A DNA stretch of 64,000 bases from an uncultured Planctomycetota bacterium. Lineage in GTDB: Bacteria > Planctomycetota > PLA2 > JAEUHO01. The DNA is taken from the NCBI GenBank assembly GCA_963752285.1, contig CAVVXN010000003.1, positions 416,001-480,000 on the forward strand. The letters run 5' to 3'. Shown here piece after piece: positions 36,317-45,924 of this stretch (position 1 is its first letter; the number at the start of each line of letters is the position of its first letter). The translations under genes were made by a program, and so were the position numbers. The notes under the pieces were generated by a model. The model did not search any database and had not been told where the DNA came from. It worked only from the letters and a program-made list of their open reading frames with translations.

Positions 36317-38085
36317 CTACTCGTAGTCCTCGTCGAGCGCGCGGAGGAACGCTGCGAGCGGCGCGACGTCGTCCTCGACGAGCGCCATGCCGCGAAGCTC
36401 GGGCGCGCCGTTTCGGACGAGGTCGGCGCGCGCCAGCGCCGAGAAGCGGATGTAGTGGTGGAGGACGTCCTCCAGCGTGTCCGGGCGCCCCGAGTGGAAG
36501 TACGGGTCGCCGTGCCCGGTGTCGCGGAGAGCCGGCGTCTTGAACCACGCGAGCGTCCGCGGGAGCAGGTCCGCGTCGGGCGTCGAGCCGGGAAGGTCGA
36601 GCTCGCGGAGGAGGAGGGCGCGAATCGCGTTCTGCGGCCGCGGGATCTCCGGGTTCGCGAAGACGTTCCAGAGGCCGAGGTCGGCCCGCCCGGGATCCGC
36701 CGCCGCGGGCGCCCGGCGGAAGGGACCGGCGGCGTCCGGGTGGAGCGGGCTCGGGGGGAGGAACGCGGCCGGGTCGCCGTTTCGCGCCCCGAGGTCGGGG
36801 ACGGGCAGCGCGAGGAACGCGCCGTCGCCGTGGACCGCGTCGTACTCGGCTTGCGACACGCCCACGTCGTGGAAGAGGAAGTCGGTGAAGTCGGGCGGTG
36901 CGTGACATCGCACGCACGACCCGACGCCGCCCGCTGCGATCGTTTCGGGCGGGAGCGGTGAGGACGGCGGCTCGGAGAGGAAGATCGCGAGCCCGCGGCG
37001 TTCGAGGGTGCCGAAACGGAACGCGTGGGCGTGGTGCTCGAAGTGCCCGTCCTCGGCGGTGACGTCGCTCGGGCTCGCGAGGCTGGCGAGGGCCGAGCGG
37101 AGGCGCCGCGCGTAGTCGAGGTCCGTCTCCCCGGACGCCGGCGCGGCGGGCAGGCCGTTCTTCCGGAGGAACACGTCGTAGGGCGAGCCGTCGAAGCGGC
37201 CCGTCACCGGGTCCTGGAGGAACACCAGCTCGCGCACGTACTGGGCGACGACGCGCGCGACCGCGTCCAGAACCTCCTCGTCGCTCGCCGTCCGGACGTC
37301 GATCCGATACGACGGCCCGATCAGGAGCTCGGACGGCAGGAGGTCGCCCCGGGCCCCGAAGAACGTCGCGTAGGACCGTCCCCCGTGGTCCTCGGCGTTC
37401 GCGTCCGTCCCGTCGTCCTCCCGGACCACGCGGGCTACGTTCGCCACGGCGAGGCCTCGCTCCGAGGGAAGCCACCCGTAGTTCCTGCCCGTCAGCGTGC
37501 CCCGGACGAGGTCCTCGAGCGTCGCGAACTCGCCGTCGAAGTGGAAGAGCGTCGGGACCTCGCGCGGGAGCGAGGCGCCGACGAGCGGGGGGCGTTCCGG
37601 GGCGTCACGGTGGCGCCGTCCTCGCGCGCGGGAATCGGGCTCCGGCGCGCGAAGTCGGCGTACGTGCGGATCCCGCCTCCGGCCACGCCGACCTGCTCGT
37701 CCACCAGGTGGCACGCAGCGCAGTTCATCGAGAGGCCGGCGTAGGGTCCGGGGAGCGGCGCCCCGTCGGCCTTCGCGGACACCTGGACGACCGGATCGGC
37801 GACGGCGAGGGGCTCGTTGACGGACCGGCCGATCGTGCGGCTGGCGAAGAACTCCGCGAAGCGCGTCTCGCGGAACAGGCGCTCGCCGAGGACGGACTCG
37901 GCCGAGTCGGGCACCTCGCGGGCGGCGGACCCGCACCCCGCGAGGAGCACGGCGATCAGGAGCGCGCCGGGACGGGAGAGCGCGGGGCGCCCCGGCGCCG
38001 GGCGCCTCTGTGGGTCCCGCCCGCTCGGGCTCCACGTCGTCGGGCCCCGCCCGCCACGACGGTCCCGGCGCGGACCCGGCCTCAT
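36317..38085 (-). CDS. Diheme cytochrome c lipoprotein of the bCcP/MauG superfamily, frameshifted at ~37590
   Basis: Lipobox LAGC; LGERLF, CAACH, PRNAP, then (adding one C to a C6 run) PLVG...FHFDG, CVRCH...FTDFLFHDVG, FKTPALRD...PYFHSG...TLEDVLHHY; ATGA-coupled to the upstream cytochrome. Confidence 0.82.
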
Positions 38086-38444
38086 CGGGCGTTCGCCTGG
38101 AGCCAGCGGAGCACGCGCTCGCGCTCGGCGCCGTAGAGGCCAGCGCGCGGCGCGTAGCGCGCGACGTAGATCGGCCACTGTGCGGCCGAGAGGTGCGTCG
38201 GCGAGAACGGCTCGTGACACCGCGAGCAGCGCTGGAGGTAGATCGCACGCGCCTCGGGATCGTCGGCGGCCGCGGGCGCGCGCGACGAGGTGACGGCGGG
38301 CTCTGCGGCCGCCGGCGCGGCCGCCGCGTCGGCGCGCTCAGCGGCGTTGAGGCCGGGGTCGGCGGGCACGGACCACGCGCACGCCGCGAGGGCCAGGACG
38401 AGGAGGGCGAGGAGCGGGGGGGCCGGACTCGGACGGGCGCGCAT
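38082..38444 (-). CDS. Small secreted monoheme cytochrome c
   Basis: GGAGGAG RBS, signal peptide, YLQRCSRCH, W...V..Y...AGL...ER..VL.WL class-I-like helices. Confidence 0.8.
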   Translation of the reverse strand: MRARPSPAPPLLALLVLALAACAWSVPADPGLNAAERADAAAAPAAAEPAVTSSRAPAAADDPEARAIYLQRCSRCHEPFSPTHLSAAQWPIYVARYAPRAGLYGAERERVLRWLQANAR

Positions 38445-38458
38445 GTCGCTCCTCCCGC

Positions 38459-39829
38459 TCAGAAGAAGGTCGAGAAGGACGCCGTGATCTCGGTCACGAC
38501 GTCGCCGTGGGCGGGCACGTACCAGGTGTGGTCCAGGCGGAACACCGTTCGCTCGGTCAGGCGGTAGTCGAGCGCGACCGACCAGGCGTCGAGGTCGTCG
38601 TGGAAGGTGGCGCCGCGTACGCGGTCGTCGAGGTCCATGTGCTGGTAGCGCGCGGCGAGCGTGAAGAGCGAGGTGTCGCGGACGAGCGGTGAGCGACAAG
38701 GCCGCAGCGCCGAGGGCATGAAGTGGTACGCGCCCTCGACGTCGATCGCCCACGGGCCCCGGATCGCGTCGGGCGGGTCCGAGGCGCTTCGGTCGTAGTG
38801 GTAGCCCACGTACTCCGCGCGCGCCTCGAACGGCCCGCGCCGGACCAACACGTCGGCGCCCCAGCCGTAGAGGTCGTTCGCGTCCTTCGCGTCGTAGCGG
38901 GCCCACGTGCCCGAGAGGCCCGTCTCGAGGGCGTCGAGCCCGCAAAGGCGCCAGCGCGCGGCGGCGTGACCCCAGACCTGCTTCCCCCGGTTCTCGTCGC
39001 CGCTCCAGCGCTGCCGGGCGTCGCGTACGCCCTCGTCGGCGTCGAAGTCGTCGCGGTAGCCGCTCGTGACCGCGACCTCGTAGGTCAGCGAGTGCCCGCG
39101 GCCGAACGGCGTGCTCCCCTCGAATCCCGCGCCCGGCTGCGCGAACCCGGTCGGGACGAGGTACGTCGCGATGAACGGGCGATTCGTGAAGTCGTTCCAG
39201 GGGTCCTCGTGGTAGAGGTTCCAGCGCGTGAACGGGACGAGGATCGCGCCGAGCTTCGGGTGGAAGCGGTCGCAAAGGTGGAAGGTCAGCTCGGCCTGCT
39301 CGAGTGCGATCTCGCCGTCGAGCTCGTCGGTGACGCCGCCGTTCTCGATCTCCACCTCCGCGCGGAGATCGACGCCGGGGCCGATCGCCGCGTCCGCGGC
39401 GAGGACGAGCCGGCCGAGCGCGAAGTAGGAGTTCTCGTCGGAGCGCGCGACGAGTCCGGTCGTGAGGTACCCGCCCCAGCGAACGCCGGCCGGGCCCGCG
39501 CGCTCGAGCGGCGGCCGGCGTGTGGCGCCGGCCGGTGTCCCGCCCGGGAGGGGGGCGCGGGCGAGCGGGGGCGGATCGGTCCTCCGGGACGCCGGGCGGG
39601 GCGCCTCGGCCCGGGTGGGGACCGGTGGGGGGCTCGTGGCGAGCGCCTGGCGGAGTCGGGCGGTCTCGGCCCGGAGGCGTTCGATCTCGCGGGTCGGCCG
39701 CGCGAGGTCGGCCTCCCGTCGGTCGAGCCGTTCCGCCGGGTCCTCGTCGGCGCGCACGGCCGGGGTGGCGAGGCCCGAGAGCAGGAGGGCCCCGACCAGG
39801 GCGAAGGAGAGCGGGCGGGTGCAGGGCAA
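38459..39829 (-). CDS. Outer-membrane beta-barrel porin (OprO/P-like) with N-terminal coiled coil
   Basis: GGAGG RBS + TTG, signal peptide, coiled coil, WGGY, EVEIENG..LEQA, KLGAILVPF..WNL.HE, alternating beta-strands, terminal Phe. Confidence 0.78.
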   Translation of the reverse strand: MPCTRPLSFALVGALLLSGLATPAVRADEDPAERLDRREADLARPTREIERLRAETARLRQALATSPPPVPTRAEAPRPASRRTDPPPLARAPLPGGTPAGATRRPPLERAGPAGVRWGGYLTTGLVARSDENSYFALGRLVLAADAAIGPGVDLRAEVEIENGGVTDELDGEIALEQAELTFHLCDRFHPKLGAILVPFTRWNLYHEDPWNDFTNRPFIATYLVPTGFAQPGAGFEGSTPFGRGHSLTYEVAVTSGYRDDFDADEGVRDARQRWSGDENRGKQVWGHAAARWRLCGLDALETGLSGTWARYDAKDANDLYGWGADVLVRRGPFEARAEYVGYHYDRSASDPPDAIRGPWAIDVEGAYHFMPSALRPCRSPLVRDTSLFTLAARYQHMDLDDRVRGATFHDDLDAWSVALDYRLTERTVFRLDHTWYVPAHGDVVTEITASFSTFF

Positions 39830-39857
39830 CCGGGTTCCTCCGGGGGCGTGGGGGCCG

Positions 39858-39890
39858 TCTTGATAATGAGAATGATTCTCAAGATCAAGA
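39858..39890. promoter_or_regulatory. Fur box overlapping the promoter of the porin-cytochrome operon
   Basis: GATAATGAGAATGATTCTC (39862-39880) matches the 19-bp Fur consensus at 16/19; perfect 7-1-7 TGAGAAT-G-ATTCTCA with outer TCTTGAT/ATCAAGA arms; minus strand reads TTGATC-N17-TATCAA. Confidence 0.85.
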
Positions 39891-40094
39891 TGGGCGCGGC
39901 ACGGGCCCGGGCCCTTGGGCCTTCACTCCGCGCCGCGTCCCCGGACCGCACGACCTCGGCGGCTCGGGGAACGTCACGCGCCGCTGCGGGCCGAACCGGG
40001 CCCCGCCGGGCCGCAACCGGGCCGCGCCGGCGCCGTCCCGGGGGTCGGCGGTCCGGGCGCGTCGTGGGGCGGGGGCCACGTACAACGAGCCGCG

Positions 40095-42836
40095 ATGCCG
40101 CCGCCCCCGCGACCGGACGCGCCCCACCTCGCCCTCGGCCTCACGCCGCACGGACACCTTCGGCTGCTGGACGATCCGGACGCGCCCGCCGTCCTGGCGC
40201 CGCGGGCCGAGGCGATCGTCGCGGCGTTTTCCGAGGGCGCGGGGCACGGGCTGCTCCATCTGGGCGCCGCCGAGGTCGGAACGGCCCTCTCCCCTTCGCT
40301 CGCGTTCGGGCGCGAGCTCGGGCGGGTCTTCCTGACGGCCGTCCGGACGCTTCCGGACGCGGAGGCGCGCGTCGCGAGGGGCGAGGTCCCCGCGTCGGAG
40401 GCCGGGGCGCTCGAGCAGCTCGTCGCCGCGCTCCCTCCGATGCGGGGGGCCGAGTACGCGACGGCCCGCGTGCTCGCGGACCTGTGGCAGGAGACCGGCG
40501 CGGCGCTCCGGGCCGAGCTCGCGGAGGGCGGGGACACGCTCGAGACCTGGTTTCGCCGGCACCACCCCGCGTGGAACCTGGTCGGCCGCGTGCACTTCCA
40601 CCTCGCGGAGAACCGCCGGGACGAGGAGGCGCCCTTCGCCTTCCTCGCCACCTACACGACGCGTCTCTCCGCCCACGGGAAGACCCAGCACGTGCCCCTC
40701 CGGCAGGCGCTCGAGGAGTACGCGGGCGCGCGCAACAAGGACCGCCTCCTCTCGCTGCTCGAACCCGTGCGGCGCGCGGCCGCCTCCTCTTCGTGGCTCG
40801 CGGAGATGGTCGAGCGCGGCGACGTGTTCCATCCGCTCCGGTGGACGCCCCAGGACGCGTTTCGCCTGCTCCGGGACGCGGCGGCGCTCGAGGAGGCCGG
40901 GGTCGTGCTGCGTCTCCCGGCGGGCTGGACGGCCGGTCGCCCCCCGCGCGCCCGCGTCGTGGCCCGGGTCGGGGGGCGGGAGCCGTCGAGCGTCGGGGTC
41001 GGAAGTCTCTTGGACTTCGACGTCGGCCTGACGCTCGACGGCGAGCGGCTCGGCGCGGACGAGGTCCGCTCGCTCCTCGAGGCCTCGCAAGGCCTCGTGC
41101 TCTTGAGGGGGAAGTGGGTCGAGGTGGACCCCGCGCGCCTCGCCGACATGCTGGCGCGCTACCGCGAGATCGAGGAGCGGGCCGCGGCGGGCGGCGTCAC
41201 GTTCGCCGAGGCGGCGCGCCTGCTCTCCGGCGTGGGGTCGGACGCCGAGGGCGGGCTCGGCGACGGCGACGACGACGGCGGCGACCGCGCCTGGTCCTGC
41301 GTCGAGCCGGGTCCCTGGCTCGCCGACGTGCTCGACCGGCTCCGCCACCCCGAGGAGATCGCGCGCCTGCGGGCGCCGGGCGGTCTCGACGCGACGCTCA
41401 GGCCCTACCAGCGGGTAGGGGTGGGCTGGCTTCGTCTGCTCTCCGAGCTGGGCCTCGGCGCGTGTCTCGCCGACGACATGGGGCTCGGCAAGACGCTCCA
41501 GGTGCTCGCCCTCCTCCTCCTCGCGCGCACGGGGAAGGGCGCTTCGCGGCAGCCGAGCCTGATCGTGGCGCCCGCCTCGCTGATCGCGAACTGGGCCGCG
41601 GAGTCGGCACGCTTCACGCCGTCGCTCGAGGTCTTCGTCGCCCATCCCTCGGTGCACCCGTCGGCGGAGCTCCGGGCGCTCGATCCGCGCCGGCTCGGTC
41701 GCGTGGACCTCGTCCTCACGAGCTACGCGTCGCTCCTCCGCCTCCCCTGGGTCGAGCAGGTGGAGTGGCGTTACGTGGTGCTCGACGAGGCGCAGGCGAT
41801 CAAGAACCCGGGCGCCCGACAGACCCGCGCCGCCAAGCGCCTCCGCGGCCGCGCGCGGGTCGCGCTCACGGGCACCCCGATCGAGAACCGGCTGAGCGAC
41901 CTCTGGTCCCTCTTCGACTTCCTCAACCCGGGCCTCCTCGGGTCCGCCCGGGCCTTCCAGCGTTGGCTGAGGGATCTCTCCCGAGGCGAGCGCGCGTCCT
42001 ACGCGCCGCTCCGCGCACTCGTCCGGCCCTACGTCCTCCGGCGCCTCAAGACCGACCCCGCCGTCGTCTCGGACCTTCCCGCCAAGTCCGAGGTGGCGGC
42101 CTACTGCCACCTGAGCCGCAAGCAGGCCGCGCTCTATCAGCAGGCCGTGGACGACCTGACGGAGCGCCTCGGGGCCGCCGAGGGCATGGCGCGGCGCGGC
42201 CTGATCCTCGCCTTCATCACCCGGTTCAAGCAGATCTGCAACCATCCCTCCCAGTGGCTCGGCGACGACGGCTTCGAGGAGAGGGACAGCGGCAAGTTCG
42301 CGCGCCTCAAGGAGATCGCCGAGACGCTCGCCCCGCGGCAGGAGAAGGCGCTCGTCTTCACCCAGTACCGCGCGATGGTCGATCCGCTGGCCGGGTTCCT
42401 GGGCTCGGTGTTCGGCCGGGAGGGCCTCGTCCTCAGCGGATCGACGCCCGTCCGGGCCCGTCGCGGCCTCGTCGAGCGATTCCAACAGGACGAGGACGTG
42501 CCCTTCTTCGTCGTCTCGCTCAAGGCGGGGGGCACCGGTTTGAACCTCACGGCCGCCTCCCACGTCGTGCACTTCGATCGCTGGTGGAACCCCGCGGTGG
42601 AGGACCAGGCCACGGACCGCGCGTTCCGCATCGGACAGACCAAGAACGTGCTCGTCCACAAGTTCGTCTGCCGCGGTACGGTGGAGGAGCGAATCGAAGA
42701 GCTGATCGACGCGAAGCGCGGGCTCGCGCGGGACCTGCTCGAGGGCGGCGCCGACCGCCTGCTCACGGAGATGTCGGACGAGGAGCTGGTCGCGCTCGTT
42801 CGACTCGACCTGGACGCGGCGCGCGCGGAGGAGTGA
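40095..42836 (+). CDS. SNF2-family (SWI2/SNF2) helicase
   Basis: LRPYQ, CLADDMGLGKTLQ, APASL, LDEAQAIKN, LTGTPIEN, LRRLK, SGKF, SLKAGGTGLNL, DRWWNPAVEDQATDRAFRIGQ. Confidence 0.95.
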   Translation: MPPPPRPDAPHLALGLTPHGHLRLLDDPDAPAVLAPRAEAIVAAFSEGAGHGLLHLGAAEVGTALSPSLAFGRELGRVFLTAVRTLPDAEARVARGEVPASEAGALEQLVAALPPMRGAEYATARVLADLWQETGAALRAELAEGGDTLETWFRRHHPAWNLVGRVHFHLAENRRDEEAPFAFLATYTTRLSAHGKTQHVPLRQALEEYAGARNKDRLLSLLEPVRRAAASSSWLAEMVERGDVFHPLRWTPQDAFRLLRDAAALEEAGVVLRLPAGWTAGRPPRARVVARVGGREPSSVGVGSLLDFDVGLTLDGERLGADEVRSLLEASQGLVLLRGKWVEVDPARLADMLARYREIEERAAAGGVTFAEAARLLSGVGSDAEGGLGDGDDDGGDRAWSCVEPGPWLADVLDRLRHPEEIARLRAPGGLDATLRPYQRVGVGWLRLLSELGLGACLADDMGLGKTLQVLALLLLARTGKGASRQPSLIVAPASLIANWAAESARFTPSLEVFVAHPSVHPSAELRALDPRRLGRVDLVLTSYASLLRLPWVEQVEWRYVVLDEAQAIKNPGARQTRAAKRLRGRARVALTGTPIENRLSDLWSLFDFLNPGLLGSARAFQRWLRDLSRGERASYAPLRALVRPYVLRRLKTDPAVVSDLPAKSEVAAYCHLSRKQAALYQQAVDDLTERLGAAEGMARRGLILAFITRFKQICNHPSQWLGDDGFEERDSGKFARLKEIAETLAPRQEKALVFTQYRAMVDPLAGFLGSVFGREGLVLSGSTPVRARRGLVERFQQDEDVPFFVVSLKAGGTGLNLTAASHVVHFDRWWNPAVEDQATDRAFRIGQTKNVLVHKFVCRGTVEERIEELIDAKRGLARDLLEGGADRLLTEMSDEELVALVRLDLDAARAEE

Positions 42837-42840
42837 GATC

Positions 42841-43893
42841 ATGTATCGAAGCGGCTACGGCGGCTGGCGACCCTACGTCTCGGTGTCGGAACGTCGCGCT
42901 CGCTCGAAGCGCCTGGAAGCCCGCCTGCGGAAGAAGGGCATCCGGCTCGCGCCGGTCGTCCCGGAGGGGCGCGAGATCGCCCGGAGCTTCTGGGGCCGCG
43001 CCTGGTGCGAGAACCTCGAGGGGTACGCGGACTACGCCAATCGACTCCCGCGCGGCCGGCGCTACGCCCGGAACGGCTCGGTCATCCACCTCGACGTCGC
43101 CGAGGGCTGCGTGAGCGCCCTCGTCAGCGGCTCGGACGTCTACGAGGTCGAGGTGAAGGTCCGGTCCACGGCGGCCAAGACGTGGTCGGCGCTCCGCAAG
43201 GAGTGCGTCGGTCGCATCGACTCCCTCGTGGACCTCCTCAGGGGGCGGCTCTCCGACGCCGTCATGGCGCGGATCTCGCGGCCGAAGGACGGTCTCTTCC
43301 CCGCGCCCCGCGAGATGCGGTTCACGTGCTCGTGTCCGGACTGGGCGGACATGTGCAAGCACGTCGCCGCGGTGCTCTACGGGGTCGGGAACCGCCTCGA
43401 CGCCGCGCCCGAGCTGCTCTTCCTCCTGCGGGGCGTCGATCACGGCGAGCTGATCGCCGGCGCGCTCGACGCCGGCGTGCCCGGCGGCGCGGGCCGCGCG
43501 CCCGCCAACGCCCTCGAGTCCGACGCGGCGCTGGACGCCCTCTTCGGGATCGAGATCGCACCGGAAGCCCCCCCGGGCAAGACGCGCCGTCGGGCGGCGG
43601 GGACGGCGCGGACGACGAGGGCCGCGAAGGGGGCGCGAAGACGCGCGCCCGCGGCCGAGAGCGCCGAGAAGACGAGGCCCAAGCCCGGGGCGCGCCGTGC
43701 GCCGAAGCAGGGGACGGCCTCCGCGCCGGAGGCGAAAGCGCGCCGGTCCCGGGAGGCCGAGGTCGGAGGCGCGAGGGCGAAGACCCGACCGGCGCGCGAG
43801 AAGACCACCCCGACGCGGAAGGGCAAGCGGGGCGCGGCGCGAAAGGCCACCACCACGAGGACCGACGCCGCCCGGCCGCGACGCAAGAAGTAG
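42841..43893 (+). CDS. SWIM zinc-finger protein with Lys/Arg/Ala-rich tail
   Basis: NRLPRGRRYARNG, CSCPDWADMCKHVAA SWIM motif; 4 bp downstream of the SNF2 gene. Confidence 0.9.
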   Translation: MYRSGYGGWRPYVSVSERRARSKRLEARLRKKGIRLAPVVPEGREIARSFWGRAWCENLEGYADYANRLPRGRRYARNGSVIHLDVAEGCVSALVSGSDVYEVEVKVRSTAAKTWSALRKECVGRIDSLVDLLRGRLSDAVMARISRPKDGLFPAPREMRFTCSCPDWADMCKHVAAVLYGVGNRLDAAPELLFLLRGVDHGELIAGALDAGVPGGAGRAPANALESDAALDALFGIEIAPEAPPGKTRRRAAGTARTTRAAKGARRRAPAAESAEKTRPKPGARRAPKQGTASAPEAKARRSREAEVGGARAKTRPAREKTTPTRKGKRGAARKATTTRTDAARPRRKK

Positions 43894-44026
43894 GCGGGAG
43901 CCGACGTGAGCGCCGGGGCGCCGTCGCTCGACTCGCGCCCGACGCGAGGGAGGTCCCCGCGACCGCCGGCCGTCTTCCGGTGATAGGAATGCCGCCTCGA
44001 TCCAGGACCCCGGGAGGAGGGCGGCG

Positions 44027-45409
44027 GTGATGTCGGACGAGACCGTCGTTCGGGAGCCGTGGGAGGTCCTCCAGGATCTCGTGACGAAGGGCGACGCGAC
44101 GGGGCTCGCCTCGTTCCTCCACGGCCTCGCCCCCGAAGAGACCGCGTACACGTTCGCGCAGCTCGACGACGAGGTGCGGACTCGGATGTTCGAGATCCTC
44201 TCGGACGGCGACCCCGACCTCGCGGCGGACCTCCTGGAGCACGTCGTAGACGACGAGGCCGCGCGGATGCTCGAGGACCTCGAGCCCGGCGACGCGGCGG
44301 CGATCGTGGACGAGATGGACTCGGACGAGCAGGCCGACGTCCTGGTCCACCTCGATCCCGAGGACGCGGAGGCCATCCTCGACCTCATGGAGCCGGACGA
44401 GGCGGCCGACGCCTCGCGCCTGCTCCAGTACCCCCCGGACTCGGCCGGCGGGCTGATGATCACCGAGTACCTCGCTTTCTACGCCGACCAGCACGCCGCG
44501 GACGTCGTCGAGGACCTCCGCGCCCACGGCGACGCGTACCGGGGGTACGAGGTCCGCTACCTCTACGTCGTGGACCGCGCGGAGCGGCTCGTGGGCGTCG
44601 TGCCCCTGCGCCGGCTCGTGATGTCGGCGCGCGAACGGCTCCTCGACGAGGTGAAGAGCGAGCAGCCGCTCTGTGTCCGCGTCGAGGCGACCCTGAGCGA
44701 GCTGGAGGACCTCTTCGACCGCGTGGACCTCTCCGCGATCCCCGTCGTGGACCCCGCGGGCGTCCTCGTGGGCGTGATCCAGCGCTCCGCCGTGCAGGAG
44801 GCGCTCCGGGAGACCGCCACGGCGGCCCTGCTCAAGTTCGGCGGGATCATCGGCGGCGAGGAGCTCCGCTCGATGCCGGTCTGGCAACGCCAGATGCGGC
44901 GGCTCGCGTTCCTGCTCCCGAACATCCTGCTCTCGTACCTGGCGGTGAGCATCATCGCGGCGTTCGAACCCTTGATCCACCGGCTCACCGCGCTCGCGAT
45001 CTTCATCCCGATGGTGGCGAACCTCTCGGGCGCGGCGGGAAACCAGTCGGTCGCGGTGAGCATCCGCGAGCTCTCGCTCGGGGTGGTGCGCGGCGACGAC
45101 GTCCTGCGCGTGTGGCGGCGGGAGTGGGCGATCGGCCTCTTGAACGGACTGGTCATCGGCGCCATCCTCGCCGTCCTCGCCTACGTCACGCGACCCGACA
45201 CCCCGGTGCTCGCGGTGGCCGTCGGCGGCGCCTACGCGCTCAACAGCGTCTTCGCGGTGGTGCTCGGCAGCGCCCTTCCCCTTCTGCTCACGCGGCTCTC
45301 GGTGGACCCCGCGATGCTCTCGAACCCCATCCTCTCGACGCTCACCGACATGGGCGCGTTCTCGCTGACGCTGGTGATGGCCGCCGCGTACCTGCACGCG
45401 GCGGCGTGA
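44027..45409 (+). CDS. mgtE: Magnesium transporter MgtE
   Basis: Acidic N-domain, YPPDSAGGLM, CBS pair, FIPMV..SGAAGNQS, VDPA..SNPILSTLTD. Confidence 0.93.
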   Translation: MMSDETVVREPWEVLQDLVTKGDATGLASFLHGLAPEETAYTFAQLDDEVRTRMFEILSDGDPDLAADLLEHVVDDEAARMLEDLEPGDAAAIVDEMDSDEQADVLVHLDPEDAEAILDLMEPDEAADASRLLQYPPDSAGGLMITEYLAFYADQHAADVVEDLRAHGDAYRGYEVRYLYVVDRAERLVGVVPLRRLVMSARERLLDEVKSEQPLCVRVEATLSELEDLFDRVDLSAIPVVDPAGVLVGVIQRSAVQEALRETATAALLKFGGIIGGEELRSMPVWQRQMRRLAFLLPNILLSYLAVSIIAAFEPLIHRLTALAIFIPMVANLSGAAGNQSVAVSIRELSLGVVRGDDVLRVWRREWAIGLLNGLVIGAILAVLAYVTRPDTPVLAVAVGGAYALNSVFAVVLGSALPLLLTRLSVDPAMLSNPILSTLTDMGAFSLTLVMAAAYLHAAA

Positions 45410-45436
45410 CCGCGCCGCCCGCCGGCGGGGCGGGGG

Positions 45437-45790
45437 TCAGCTCTCGACCCAGTGGCGCGCCGCGTCGGCGTGGTCCGGGTCGAAGTAGCGCACCTCCCCG
45501 CGGAAGAGCGACCCGGCGAGCCGGGTCGCGAGCCGCTCCCAGCACTTGGCGCCGAGGACCGCGCAGCGCGCGAAGTCGTCACGGTGCTTCACGTCGAACT
45601 TCGCCTCCTCGATCCAGGCCTGGGGCTCGAGACCCTCGAGGCCTTGCACGTCGAGCAGCGCGCGGAGCGGGCCGTGCTCCGAGATCTGTCGTTCGATGGA
45701 GGGGAGGACACGGTCGTAGTCCTCCGCCCGGAGCCTCCCCTCCGCTACGAGGGTGAGATTCGATCCGTCCTGTCGTTCGATCCGCAGCAT
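45437..45790 (-). CDS. STAS/SEC14 (SpoIIAA-like) domain protein
   Basis: GRLRAEDY, LRALLD, AWIEEAKFD, RCAVLG..W, EVRYF...AARHWV. Confidence 0.82.
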   Translation of the reverse strand: MLRIERQDGSNLTLVAEGRLRAEDYDRVLPSIERQISEHGPLRALLDVQGLEGLEPQAWIEEAKFDVKHRDDFARCAVLGAKCWERLATRLAGSLFRGEVRYFDPDHADAARHWVES

Positions 45791-45924
45791 GACCAGCTCC
45801 AGGAAGAGCCCCGCCCGCCGATCCTACGCCTCGCGGGACGCCTCCTCGCGGGGGCAGGACCCCCTGCAAGGCGCGCCCCGCGTATCCTCGGGACCCGCGT
45901 CGCGGGATCGGAGCCCCGGTTTTC

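Noticed and set aside
40095..43893. SNF2+SWIM as an anti-phage defence system
   Set aside because: Common housekeeping-type pair; no nuclease, methylase or other defence genes adjacent
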